NCBI RefSeq assembly: GCF_016432865.1
Contig: NC_067401.1
Location: 113,460,001-113,524,000 of the forward strand
Length of the DNA: 64,000 nt
Reading direction: 5' to 3'
Origin: Antechinus flavipes
Lineage: Eukaryota
A model generated the notes under the pieces. The model was not told the origin of the DNA. It worked only from the letters and a program-made list of their open reading frames with translations, and searched no databases. Shown piece by piece: positions 25,774-39,700 of the stretch. Each line of letters starts with the position of its first letter. The first letter of the stretch is position 1. The position numbers and the translations under genes were made by a program.

Positions 25774-26463
25774 GAAAAATAAGAAGTTCTTCAAGCACAA
25801 ATGAGAGCTGGATGGAAGCCAGAAAGAATGAATTTGGTAAAAAGTGTTTATTAAAAGCCTACTATGTGCTAAGCATTGTATTAAATATTTTGAATACCAA
25901 GACAAAAGTTTAACAGTGTCTCCCCTCAAATAACTTATATTCTATTGGGTGGAGACAAAATATATACAAAATGAACAAAAGGTAAGTGGGAGGAGGGCAC
26001 AAGGAGCTGGGCCATCAAGAAGAAGCTTTCTAAATGGTTCTACTTGAGCTACAACTTTCCTTCCATGGTGATTATGGATTGGACTTAGTAACAGAGAAAT
26101 GGGACACTGGAGAGATTAGGGGAAGGAGGGAGAATTAGTTGAATATTTTTTAAAATATCCATTTCATTTCTATTCTAAGGGTTCTTAAGGGAGGTTTACA
26201 GCTAAATGAAATAATTTGATAATATCCACTTCATTTTTATCTTTTATTAATTTCTGAATGTAAATTTTCTTTTTTCATTTTTATGACATCTGCAAAATAA
26301 TTTACTACATTTTTTCAGTGTTTTAGAAAAGTACTTTATTAAATAATTTATTAATAAAAAGTAATTTATTAATTATTAATTCTGTGCTAACTTTCCCTTG
26401 TTATGGGGCATATATATATGAAGGGGAGAAAAGGTAGAAGTTAATAGTACACTGGATAAAGTA

Positions 26464-26496
<33 letters not shown>

Positions 26497-26555
26497 GAAT
26501 GAGTGTGCCTATAAATTATATGTATAATATATATATCTTTATATTTACAGATGAC

Positions 26556-27587
26556 TATGTATGATACTAGCTAACATTTATAGAGTAAGGTTTTCAAAGT
26601 GTTTTACAAATATCATTTCATGTGATCTTTACAACAACCCTGGGAGGTGCTATTTTTTGTTGTTTAGTCATTTTCAGTCATGTCTGACTATGACAAAGAT
26701 GGCAAAGATGCTAAAATGGTTTGCCATTTCCTTCTCTAGTTTGTTTTACAGATAACGAAATGGAGACAAGCAGAAGTAAGTGACTGTCCCAGGTTCACAC
26801 AGCTAATAAGTTATCTGAGGCTGGATTTGAATTCTAGGTTCAGCTCAGCTTTCTATACATTGTGCATCTATGTGCCCCTACCTGTTAAAATATTCACTTT
26901 ACAGATGAAGGAACTGAGGTAGATAACAATAAAACAACTTGCTTAGAATTACATAGTTCATGCTTGAGTTGGGTTTTTAATTCAGGTCTTCCTGACTTTA
27001 AGTNNNNNNNNNNNNNNNNNNNNNNNNNNNNNNNNNNNNNNNNNNNNNNNNNNNNNNNNNNNNNNNNNNNNNNNNNNNNNNNNNNNNNNNNNNNNNNNNN
27101 NNNNNNNNNNNNNNNNNNNNNNNNNNNNNNNNNNNTATGTATGATACTAGCTAACATTTATAGAGTAAGGTTTTCAAAGTGTTTTACAAATATCATTTCA
27201 TGTGATCTTTACAACAACCCTGGGAGGTGCTATTTTTTGTTGTTTAGTCATTTTCAGTCATGTCTGACTCTTTATGACAAAGATGGCAAAGATGCTAAAA
27301 TGGTTTGCCATTTCCTTCTCTAGTTTGTTTTACAGATAACGAAATGGAGACAAGCAGAAGTAAGTGACTGTCCCAGGTTCACACAGCTAATAAGTTATCT
27401 GAGGCTGGATTTGAATTCTAGGTTCAGCTCAGCTTTCTATACATTGTGCATCTATGTGCCCCTACCTGTTAAAATCTTCACTTTACAGAGGAAGGAACTG
27501 AGATAGATAACAATAAAACAACTTGCTTAGAATTACATAGTTCATGCTTGAGTTGGGTTTTTAATTCAGGTCTTCCTGACTTTAAGT
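26556..27587. repeat. Near-identical direct repeat (448 and 452 bp) on either side of an N gap
   Basis: 26556-27003 matches 27136-27587 except for one 4-bp indel and three substitutions. Confidence 0.95.
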
Positions 27588-27608
27588 ACAATGTTCTCTG
27601 TACTTTAG

Positions 27609-27609
<1 letters not shown>

Positions 27610-27656
<47 letters not shown>
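27610..27656. repeat. (GT)n microsatellite; another at 26464-26490
   Basis: Direct reading. Confidence 0.95.
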
Positions 27657-27658
<2 letters not shown>

Positions 27659-29269
27659 CAGGGTCCAAGTAGAGACTGAATAACTAGAGGTCTCTATGAA
27701 GCAGAGCCTTGAAGATAAAGAACATGACACAGGAAAGAAATACCAAGTTTGAAATTATGGAAGATTTTGAAGTCCAGACCATCAAATCACAAGATTTTAG
27801 AGTCAAAAATTATCTTAGAGATTGTAGAATTGACACCAGAATCATAGAACTTGGATCAAAGACTATTGGGTGAGAAAGCTACTCAACAACCTGATGATTC
27901 AACTCATATCCTCCTCAAAATCTCCTTCAAAAAACTAATTAACAAGTATTTATTGGCCATTTATTAGGTGCCTGGCATTGTGCAAAAAAGATCCTGAATA
28001 AAGTAAAAAATAAAATAATCACAGCCGTCAAGGAGTTTACCTTCTATCCAGAGAGACAACAAATACATCAATAAGACCATAAAGAAAATAAATACAAGAT
28101 AATTCTTTGGGTAGAGGGGAAGGGTACTAGTACCTGAAAGGTTAAATGAGGGAGAGATCCACTATCTCCTAATATAGCCCGTGGACAGCTTCCTTCAAGT
28201 CCTAGCTAAAATCCCACCTTCTATGAGAAGTCTTTTGGGATTATTCTCAATTCTAGTGTCTTCCCTCTGCTGATTATTACCAATTCATTCTGTCTGTGTC
28301 TTGTTTTTACATAGTGGATTGAATGCTATCTTTGTGCTCTTTGTCAGCAGAAGGACAATTGGCGGTTTTTGTTCATTTGTTTTGTTTTGCTTTTTCATTT
28401 CTTTTTATCCCCAGTGCTTAACACAGTGCCTGGCTCATAGTAAGCTTCCTTTATATTAAGCTCCAATTACAAAATCCCCCTTACCTTACATATAAGGAAA
28501 GTTACACATAAGAGCTAGAGAGAAATGTCTTGCCCAAAGTCCTACAAATAGCAGGTGGAAAAGTGACAATTCAAAGTCATGTCTTTTGACTCCAAATCCT
28601 AGATTCCTTCCATAACATCACACCACATCACTTCAAGTCTCTAAAAGATAATAGATGCAAAAACAAAAGCCACATATGAGGTTATAACAAAGGGTTGGGG
28701 TGAAAAATAATTGTCTCAAAAAGGACCGCAATATTATTATAATGGCTGTAATACAGGAGTCAAGAAAACAAGGAGAAACAATTGAGAGATTAGACAAATA
28801 TTTATTAAATACCAAATCTTAATAGAAGAAAGGCCTTAGATTGGCTCAGCAGAGTGTCCAGGCCTAGAATAAGAAAGACTCATCTTCCTGAATTCAAATT
28901 CAGTCTCAGACATTTACTGATTGTATGATCCTGGACAAGCCCCCTTAACTCTGTTTGCCTCAGTTTCTTCATCTGTAAAAGTAGATGAAGAAGGAAATGA
29001 CAAACCACTCCAATATCTTTGACAAGAAAACCTCAAATGGGGGTCACAAAGAGTCAGCATCACTGAAAAACAGCAAAATTAAGTAGTTGAGACAGTCTCC
29101 ATCTTCTCCAAATATTTCAGTAAGGTAATGTGGTCTAAACAGAACCTGTAGATGATGAGTAGAAAAAGGGTATAGGGTGGTTGCCATGCAACCCTCTGCC
29201 TTATCAATCTGAGTCTAATTGTCACCCCTAAAAGTTAATCTCTCTGAGGAAAAAATACCAATCTAAAGG

Positions 29270-29720
29270 CTTCTGCTTAGTCCTGGGCACATCTTTTAGG
29301 AAGCATATTGAGCTCAAACTGTACTTTGTGAAGATGACCAGGCTTATAAATGGACTGGACACTAAACTCCTATCAGCATATTGATACTAAATTGAAATGA
29401 GTTTAAATGGAAACTATGCCATGTGAGGATTAACTGGAAGACTTTGAGATGTTTAGCCTGGAGAAGAGATCACATGATCGTTGTCTCTGAGTATTTGAAG
29501 GGCAATGATATGGAAGAAGGATTAGATTCTTTCTTCATGGGCCCCAAGGGGCATAATGAAGAATGATGGGTGGGAGCTGCATTGAGACAAAATAGGGTTG
29601 GATGTCCCCACAAACTTGCTAACAATTAAAGCTATCCCAAAGGGCAATGGAACACAAGAGGAAGCATTGGGAACCATTTCCTCAAGTGGAAACTTGACTT
29701 CTTGTTAAGGATGGGATGCT
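29270..29720 (+). mobile_element. CR1/L3 LINE 3' fragment
   Basis: cctgggcac...ttttaggaag...gatgtttagcctggagaagag...gagtatttgaagggc...gaagaaggattagatt motifs. Confidence 0.7.
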
Positions 29721-30810
29721 AGTGAGGGGATTCTTGCTTTGATACAGGTTGATATGAGATTTGATCAAACCATGAGGAAGAAAAAATGGAGAGTTCTATA
29801 CCTATAACAATACAAATATAGCCAACCCCCAACATATGCAGATATTCAACAGCACCCACTGGGTACGTATACCTGCATATTTCTGTATTGATCTATTAAT
29901 ACAATTTTGTTTCCATAGCTGAGTATAAATAGAATGATATCCTGGTGACTCAGGCACTCCCTGTCACTCCCTTAGGGCTCCAGTCACGAGACTGTACAGG
30001 GCTTCTCATCTAGAGCATGAGACTGAGCGTAGGGTGTGGTCCCTGATACTAGTTGTGTGACTCTGGGAAAGTGATGTAGCTCGGACCCTGGGACTCGATT
30101 TTCTCACCTGAAAAGTGAAGGAATTGGAATAGATGATCTCTAAATTGTCTTCCCATTCTAAAACCTCTGATCCTATGAGTCAGGTCATAGAGCTGGTGGC
30201 TCTCTTATATGGCATCTGGTGTGAGGATGTAGGGAGATCACTGAAGCAAAGGAAATAACATTTGTAAAGCACTTAGCACCCTGTCTGAGGAAGAGTAGGC
30301 GCTATATAGATGCTTATTCCCTTCCCCTGGAAAGACTTGTTTTTTTGGCCTCCACTTCCATTCATATGATGAAGCATTTATTAACCACTTACTATGTGCA
30401 AGGAAACCTGGTGGCAGAATCTAGCCTCAGACACTAATATCACTCAGAGCAAGCCACTTATCTGCCTCAGTCTTCTCAGTTATAAAATCAGAATAAGAAT
30501 AATAATGGTATCTACCTCCCAGGTTTGTTGTAAGGATCAATTTAGGTAATTGCTCACTTCACTCAGCATCAATTCATGTAAGTCTTTCCAGACTTTTCTG
30601 AAATAAACATGCTCATCATTTCTTATAAAACAATAATATTCTATTGCATTCATAAATTATAACTTATTCATCTATTCCCCAACAGACAAGCATCCATTCA
30701 ATTTCCAGTGATAATTACAAAGTTCTTAAGGCAGTGCTATCATTAAGGCACTTATGAGGTGCAAAAAATACCAAGACAAAAACAAAGCAGTCCTAATCTA
30801 CAAGGATCTT

Positions 30811-31235
30811 TTTTTTTTAAATAATAATAGCTTTTTATTTTTTTTAATACAAGCAAAGATAATTTTCAAAATTCAAATATTGCAAATGAGTTCCCAATTT
30901 TGCACCCTCCTTTTCCACCTTCTCCCTCCCCTAGACAGAAAGTAATCCAATGTAGGTTAAACATGTACAATTAAACATATTTCCACATTTATCATGCTGC
31001 ACAAGAAAAATCACTTCAAAAGGGGGAAAGTGAGAAAGAAAAAAACAATCACACAAACAACAACAATAACACCAACAAATGGTGAAAATACTATGTTATG
31101 ATCCACATTCAGTCCCCATAGTTCTAGATGCGGATGGTTCTCTCCATCACAACTCTATTGGAACTGGCCTGAATCATTTCATTGTTGAAAAGAGCTAAGT
31201 CCATCACAATTGATCATCATATAATCTTACTGTTA
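30811..31235 (-). mobile_element. LINE-1 3' fragment inserted in an L2 end
   Basis: Poly-T then reverse L1 3' UTR; similar flanks ctacaaggatctt and ccacaagatctt. Confidence 0.75.
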
Positions 31236-32989
31236 CATCCACAAGATCTTCCTATTACTGGGGAGTGGAGTATCAGGCACCCCCCAAGTTAATGAGTAAA
31301 TAAAAATGAATAAAAATATATTACGTGCTTAAAAGGAGTTTGTATTTTATCCTAGAAGTGATAGGAAGCCAAAGAAGTTTCTTAAGAAGGGAAGTGACTT
31401 GTGCTTTTAAAATGTCTACTTGGTAACTATGGGGAGAATGGATTACAAAAGGGAGGGGCTTAATACAACATTCCCTCTCCATTGTTAAACCCACAATTAC
31501 TTACCCGGGAGAAATCAGACATAACACAACTCCATCCCATGCAATGGATGTCACTAAAATTAGGAATATATGGGATTCTCTGGAGGTTACTTCATCCATC
31601 AGTCAACTAAACTACTACAAGGCAGGCACTCTATTAAGAGCTGGAGATAGAAAGAAAGGCAAAAAAAAAAAAAAAAAAAAAACAGTTACTGTTCTTGAGG
31701 AACTCACAATCTAGCTAGGGAACTATAATAAGTACAAGCAAATATATAAGGAATATACTGGGGGTAGGTGTAGATGGAAGGCCCAGTATTAAGAAGGACT
31801 AGGAAAGCTTCTTGCAGAAGGGAGGAGGATTTTAGCTGAGATTTGAGGGAAGCCAAGGAAAGCCAGGAGGTGGTGACAAAAAGAGAGAACGTTGTGGGCA
31901 TGGGGCACAATCAGTGAAAATGTTCAGAGTATCTCACATGCAAGGAACAGGAAAACGGCCATACTCCTGCCAAACTTCCGATTCAATTCAATCAAACAAA
32001 AGAGTTAGACCACATGATTTTAAATGATTCCTTTCAGTTCTAACATTACATATAACCTATGATTGCCACAACCAGTCCATCCTCCTTCTAGTAAAGGTTC
32101 CAGGAGAAGGAAAAGATTGGAATGAGCTGGACCTGTGGCACTGCCCAGTATCTGGATTCATGGACCTCAGGATCCCTATCTCAGGATTTTGTTAAGTGAA
32201 TATTAAGGAGGGAAAAGACTCATCGGGGTATCTGATTGACTTCTGAGTTCTAATCTTGGCCCTGTTGTTTGTTAGCTGAAGAAGCTTGGAAAAATCACTT
32301 GAAACCTCTCTGAGACTACTTTTCCTCAACAAAATGGGAGATATGATATTTAAAGATGAAAAATCTTGTTCTTACTGGAATAAGGCATTTAGACTATATC
32401 GATGCCTTAGAAGATCTCATTCCAGAACAGCTCAAACATCCCACAGAATGAGAAGGATCTCCCTCATCTGAAGCAGAGCAAGCAGAAGTAAGAAGTAGGA
32501 CTAAGATTCAGGGGCTGTAACAGAAATCTAAAGGAAAAGTATCTTAAAGTACTAGGCTGACAAAGAGTCATAGAATGACAAAAACGGAGAAGCAATGCTC
32601 CCTCCTCCCTTGGGCCTCTCCCTTTAATTGGAGGGTGGAGTGTGTTACTCCCAAAGCCTCCATTTAAGGATTCCAAAAACAGCCATCTCTTTATTTCCCA
32701 GCAGACTACACTCCTTGGGAATTCTCCATCCTGTCCTACACAGAGCATCTTCTACCCCTAATCCCTTTCCTGCTTCCTTTCATATGTTGCCTGCCCCATT
32801 AGAATGCAAACTCTTTGAGGATAGGGGCTGTCTTTCTTTTCTGCTTGTATTTGTATTTGCAGACCTTAGCACAGTGCCTGGCTCATAATAAGTGACTAAT
32901 AAACTCCTGTTCACCACTCTGACTTGACACTGTGGTATAGAGTAAGAGTTTCCAGCTTTCTCAGTTCCCATCATCCTTAGTTTTCAATG

Positions 32990-33059
32990 AACCTTCTTAT
33001 GCTCACTATTCAATATGAAAGGAAATAAACTCTAGAATTTGTTATGCAAAACTGCATAA

Positions 33060-33118
<59 letters not shown>

Positions 33119-33290
33119 AATATATTTAACATGATTTGGACTACCTGACATTTAGGGGAGTGAGTGGGGGAAAAAGAGGAAAATTTGGAACAAAAGACTT
33201 TGCAAAGGTCATTGTTGAAAAATTACCCATGCATAAGTTTTGTAAATAAAAAGCTTTAATAAAAAATAATAATAATAATAAAACCACAAA
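32990..33290 (+). mobile_element. LINE-1 3' end containing a (TA)n microsatellite (33064-33110)
   Basis: Marsupial L1 tail (aaatttggaacaaaagactttgcaaagg...aataaaaagctttaataaaaaa). Confidence 0.7.
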
Positions 33291-35699
33291 CTGAACAAAA
33301 AAATTTTTAAGAATTTATCATGGGCACGCACATAAGAAATAAAATAGATTAATTTCAATAGTATAATGTTACTATTTGACAGATATTCCCCATAATCTTT
33401 GACAAACTTTTCATACTTTTGGGGGATACACTGGACTCTTCCAATGTTGAGAATTGAATGATGGCTTTGAATTCAGAAACGTCTTCTTCTGAATCTCACC
33501 TCTGCTATTTATTAACTAGCAATCATAATATCCATCATCATAATAGGCTGATATTCATATTACTTTGGACACCTGACCTCACAAAATAGCTATGACAATC
33601 AAATGGCATAAGTAGCTCAGAAATATTTTGTAAATTTCTATATTAAAGTGAACTATGTGAAGAACATGAGCTCTGGAGTAACTTCCAAGGAAATCAACTT
33701 CCATAATTTGTTAAATGATAGGGTTGGACTATTTGGCCCCTGAGATCCTTCACAGTCTATACTTATGAACCTATGAAATCCTCCCACCTATGGCGGAGGA
33801 CTCTAGGCTACATCAGCTTGAACACAATCTCTGGCAGGTCCGTTCAAGTTGTAAAGATCTCAGACACAGGTCTTCTTGGTAACAGATGGTCTTTTGGTTG
33901 GAGGAAGCATCAGTTTCCCTACACTGAAAAGGGCTTATTGTCAGCATTGGCCACCAGAAGACCAATTTATTTTCATCATAGTAACTCATAGAACTACTCA
34001 TGAAGGCAACGAGGGATGGATAGTTCCAAGAGATTGTCATTGCTGTTGTTCAGGCATTTAAGTTATTACTGATTCTTCATGACTCCATTTGAGATTTTCT
34101 TGACGAAGATACTAGAGTAGTTTGCCAATTCCTTCTCCAGCTTATTTGACAGATGAGGAAACTGTGGCAAACAGGGTTAGGTGACTTGCCCAGGGTCACA
34201 CAGCTAGTAAATATCTGAGGACAGATTTGAAAGTAGGAAGAGGAGTCTTTCTGACTCCAGATCTAGCGCTCCATCCATTATGCAATTTGCCTCCTGGATT
34301 ACAAATCCTTAAACTATTGCAGTAAATGCTATTATTTATTGCTTTTTGAAAATCACACAATCCCCCCAAGTATCTGAGTTATGTGTTAATGCTTAGGACC
34401 TAGATAGTTTGCTCTCTGGGCCCCCAAAGCTAGGAGACTCCTCCCTCAGGGCTCAAAATCAAATTTATTATTCTCTAATAAGCCTGCCCAGATTAACCCC
34501 ATCTTCTTTATTCTGTATCTCACCCCACCTGAATATTTTCTGCATAGGACAATCTGTTATCATCCACTTCAATTTACCCTGTAATTGGCTTTCCCCATCT
34601 CAGTTTGCTGAATCCCTTTCCTTTGTAGCTGCTCCCTAAACTATTGCCATGGAAACTTGGTAAGCTAAAGAGCATTTATATGACACCAATCTTTCCCATC
34701 CTTCCCTGGAACACTACTCATTGAAACAGCACTCTGTTTACTTATTGTACATTCTTCATGGTTATCCATCCAGATAGTGGACAAGATGGATGATGGAGGG
34801 AAGAGACACAATTTTCTTGGCTATATGGCCTGCTTTTTGCTGAATTCAATGGTTGTAAATGTTTTTATGTTATTTAAAATTATTCTTAAGGAATATAGAT
34901 ACAGTGATTTTCTTCCACGCCAATAAACATGTAAGAGATAAAGAACAAACTAACTCTGAAGGGAGAGGAAATTTTCCTCACTTTCAACTCCTGTGGGGAA
35001 GAGTTGGTTAAAGATAATTTTGCTCCAGACTGCTTTTGAACACAGAAAGAGACATAATGAGGGAATGAGCCAGCAGAATGAAAGAGGAAGTTTTTGATCA
35101 TATATCCACACAATACGCTCAATCAAGCCCCAACTGGAAACATTTAAGTGAAAGCCCAACTCCTCCAAAATGCTTTTCCCCATACCTTGTTAGTACGCTT
35201 TCCTTTCTCTGATTCCATAGCATTTTGTCTCAATTTTACCTTTTCCCTTATCACATTCTGCCTTCTATCAGTTGCCTTCATATGTCACACCATACCCCCT
35301 CATTATATTATAACTTCCTGGAAGGTNNNNNNNNNNNNNNNNNNNNNNNNNNNNNNNNNNNNNNNNNNNNNNNNNNNNNNNNNNNNNNNNNNNNNNNNNN
35401 NNNNNNNNNNNNNNNNNNNNNNNNNNNNNNNNNNNNNNNNNNNNNNNNNNNNNNNNNNNNNNNNNNNNNNNNNNNNNNNNNNNNNNNNNNNNNNNNNNNN
35501 NNNNNNNNNACACAATAGACACATAAATGCTTATTGGAATGATGTCATTTTATATTGATTTTTTTATTGTAAGCTCCCAAGAGTAGAGAGCTGGTTATCT
35601 ATTTTCTCTGGAGGGATAAAAATAGGGACTACACCTATTTTATCACTTTCTATAATATCCAGCACCAGTTTTAATATTGCATGAAATATTCAGCTTCCA

Positions 35700-36780
35700 C
35701 TTGATGTTTAAAGAATCATTTTCCTCAGTGATATTTTTTTACCATTTAATCAAATTTTTAAAGGTACTATGTTCTTCAATAACTTTTTATGTCTCTTTCA
35801 CCAAGATGTTAATTCCTTTTTCATAATTCTCTTGCATTTTTCTAGTTTCTTTTTTCAATTTTTCTTCTAATGTTCTTGTTGATTTTTTTTTGTTCTTTTT
35901 TTTAATTAACTGCTCTAGAAATTCTTATTAGGCTTCTGTCAAATCTGCATTTTTCTTTAAGGCTTGACTTGTACATATTTTCACTTTATCGTGTTCTTCT
36001 ATGTTTGAGCTTCCCTGTAACCACGGAAGGACTTTATGGTCAGTTTTTCCCCAGACTATTTCTTGACTTTGAATGTTATGTGGGAGTTGGGTTGTACTTA
36101 TCTTTAATGGTAAAAGGTGGGTCTTGGGCAAGGGAGGAGGTCACTCTTCTAAGCTTCAGGCTTTGTCCCCTACACACACACACAGCTAGTGCTGAGGGTC
36201 TAGAAGTTTTCGGTGTTTCCAAGGTGTTGTAATCTAGGGAGAGCTGCGGTCATTGTTCTCTGGGTCTGTATTTCGGCTCTGGTCCTTATGCAGGAAGGAT
36301 CCTGTTCTCTAGCATCCATAACTTTAATCCTCCCTGGAACTGTGACTGGTACCTAGGTAGGACTTGAACTTGCTCACTTGTAACTGCAAGCACTAACACT
36401 CTTCACCCTGGAGCTGGGACCCAGAACTAAGACCCCTACTGCCTAGTTATGACAGACACTCTTCTCCACCCCAGAATTGCAACCCCAAACTGCATAAAAG
36501 GCAATGTAGTTGTAAAACAGAACTCAGTCCTGCACCCAGTACAGGGTCCCTCAGAATCTCTTTCTGACCAGTTATCCAATCTCCTTACCATTTCTGGTGG
36601 CAAGAGCTTCTGCTGTTGCCACTGCTAGTAACCCTGCTGCCAATACTCTGCTCCTGGCAGCCCCTGCCCCAGGGCCACAGATCTCTCCTCCTGTGTCCCA
36701 AGTTGTCCTGAGCTGGGAAAATGTCTCACCTGACCTTTTTATTATTATTATTATTGTTATTATTATTATTATTATGCTGA
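35700..36780 (-). mobile_element. LINE-1 5' UTR / ORF1 remnant
   Basis: T-rich antisense ORF1-like tract, then a GC-richer segment with ggaactgtgact, ggagctgggacccagaact and ctgagctgggaaaatgtctcac motifs seen in marsupial L1 5' ends. Confidence 0.55.
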
Positions 36781-39700
36781 ATTATTAAAATTTGATTTGA
36801 TTTGATATTTTCAAAATTGTTTGGAGAGGAATACAGGGAGAATTGCCATTGAATACTGTATCTCACTCTCCCATCTAGGTTGCATATCCCCAGAATTAGA
36901 CTTAAAAAGAGGTATCTCTTTGGAGTTGGATAATCTAAGAGGAATCTAACTTGACTGCAACAGACCTTTCTGAAATATGGACACTAGAGGGCACCAGACT
37001 ACCACAGCCCTAAAGAGTTTCCACTGAGGGGAAAAAAATGGAACCAGCATTTAACCAGTGCAGAAGTTCTTCTTCCCTTTCAGTACAGCCTTCAGCTTTC
37101 TGTTAGATAGCTAGCAAACAGCCGATTATTTGGAAGTCACTTTTAAAAATAATAGCAATTTATTTTTTAACACTTTTTAAATTTTGAGTTCAAAATTTTC
37201 TCCCTCCCTCAAAACCCTCTCCCACCCACTCATAAGGCAAATAATATAATATTAATTATATATGAAATCATGTAAAACATTTCCATATTGACCATGTCAC
37301 AAAAAAGCAAAAACAGTAAAGTGAAAAATTATATTTCATGCATAATGAAAAAGAACAGCTCAAATAGCATACATAATGACAACATACAAAATAATATACA
37401 TAATGACTACAATATAAACAAAAGCAACAACAAAAGTCTACCCTCCCAGATCATAGTGAAAGCACACACCTTTCTTTTTGGTGGCCATGGATAAACTATT
37501 TTTGAGGGAATGCTCTCCCCAGAAGGTCTGTATGGGGATTTATTGTGTGGGTTGAAAAAAATTCAATTTGCAACAAAAGGCAACCAAAGCAGAGCTCTGA
37601 AAACATAGCAATTCATTAAGGAGACTGGTAGTCCTCCTAAGCAATTGAATCCAAGATCTTTTTGACCAAGGATCCTTCTGCTATGGATTCCAGCCCTTTT
37701 TATGGACATAGAGAGATCACTAAAATAGAATTAGGCATTACAATTCATTGATTGGTCAGTCTCCAAAGCCGGGGAATCTCTTATGATTGGCTAAAGGTGA
37801 TGCTCATCAAACACTAGTGTTTGACCACTGTCTGCTTTAATCTACTGGAGAAGGAAATGGCAAACCACATTAGTATCTCTCCTAGGAAAACTCTTTATGG
37901 GATCACAAAGAGTCAGATATGACTGAATGACTGAAGAACTGCTGAAGGATTTTTTTTTGTTTTCTCTGTCAAGAAAAATAATTGTTGGACTGGAAAGAAA
38001 AGAATAAAAATGGCTAGGTAGTTAGGAAGGGGCACAGTGTAAGAGGTCTGGATTTGGAATTTGGAAGGTCTGAGTGCAAATCCTATTTTATGAACTATGT
38101 AATTATGTAGAGAAGTCACTTAAACTATTTAATTCAGTTTCCTCAACTGTAAAATAGGGTTAATAACAGCATTTGCCTCACAGGGTTGTTGGTTAGGATC
38201 TAATGAGAATAAAGGTAAAGCACTCAGCACTGACCTGGCCCATAGCTGTGATTATTTGTCCATATTTGAAGAGAACCAATGACATCACAGGTTAATGTCT
38301 CAACTTGTGTGTTAATTAGAATAAAGCAAAGCTGCACAAAATCCTCAGCCACTCTCTCTCTGCAGTCCCTGAAGTTCGGTGGCAGGACAAAGACAGGATG
38401 ACTGGCAATGACCCAGGATGCAGTGGATTATGTTAGCATTTTTGATGTCTAAGCAAGCCCTAAGCACTCCAGAGTGCCTGTTTCTGCCTATTTTGTGGCC
38501 ACTGGGATACATTGTTTTCTTTCTCACATTCAACCAGGAGAAGTCTTTGTGTGCTTGGGGTAGACAACCCATAACAGGCACTATATAAATGCCTCAGTCC
38601 TTTCCTCTTCCCTTATCGCAAAGAACTAACACAATTCATTAAGTCAATTAGTAAAAAACATTAAATAAATAAATAAATAAATAACTCATTTTACAGATGA
38701 AACTGCTCACAATCTGTCCCCTTTAATGCTAATAGACAATATGGAAATTTTTGTGTTATTTTGTAGGTATAATTGACATATTGTTTGTCTTCTTAATGGG
38801 TAGAGAAGGCTCTCCCCTTTGGAATTAGAAACAAATGACTCAAAATTGGGGACTGGACTTTATCTGTGAATCTCTCTAGCTGCTTCCAAGCTAGCATGTT
38901 ATATAAATGCTCAACAAATATTTAATCAATCAATTAATTAATTGATGCTAGCAATAGGTAAGTTTCCAAATACGGTAAATTCTTTACTTTAATATAAGCA
39001 TCTACAGCTTTCAGAATGAAGTCACCAAAAAATGGTCTTATCTAAGTAGAACGCAAGAATTTATGAGATAATGGGATACAAAGATTATTATCCACATTTT
39101 ACAGAGGAGGATGCTGAGACTCGAGGAAATCAAAGGATTTGTACAGAGTCATAGATGGAAGTGGGACTTGAATGCAATTCTTCTGACTAGTGGTTTTTGT
39201 CAATAACACCACAGTGCTCCTGATGGATAAATGAATCATTGGACTGATATGCCATATTCTTCATGGGATACAAAGTGGTACAGGGGACAAGGCAACAGAT
39301 CTGGAGTCAGGATGACCTAAATTCAAATCCAGCTTCAAACACTTACTAGCTGTGTGACCCTGGACAAGTCACTTAATTCTGTTTGCCTCAATTTTCTTAA
39401 TTGTAAAATGAATTGGAGAAGAAAATGGCAAACCATTTCATTATCTTTACCAAGAAAAGCCCAAATAAGGTCACAAGTCGGGCATGAGAAAAGTGACTGA
39501 ACAACATTACCATCTATGGCTCACTGTGTTCCCTAGCAATAGGAGACAGTGCAGGGAAATAGGAGAGGAGTGATAGATGGAAGAAGAAAAGATAGAAAGT
39601 TGGTGCAAATGGACCTCACCAGTCACCTCAAGGCTCTTGGATCACTCTATGGGACCCTCGCCCCCAAGGCAGAGCCAGGTGCTACTTTACAATGGGCCCC

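Noticed and set aside
36597-36788. Ala/Pro-rich ORF ending in poly-Ile
   Set aside because: Lies in the L1 5' UTR remnant and an (ATT)n repeat.
38582-38590. TATATAAAT as promoter of a hidden plus-strand gene
   Set aside because: Matches the gcactatataaatgc tail of MIR/L2-type elements; no exon-1 donor follows.
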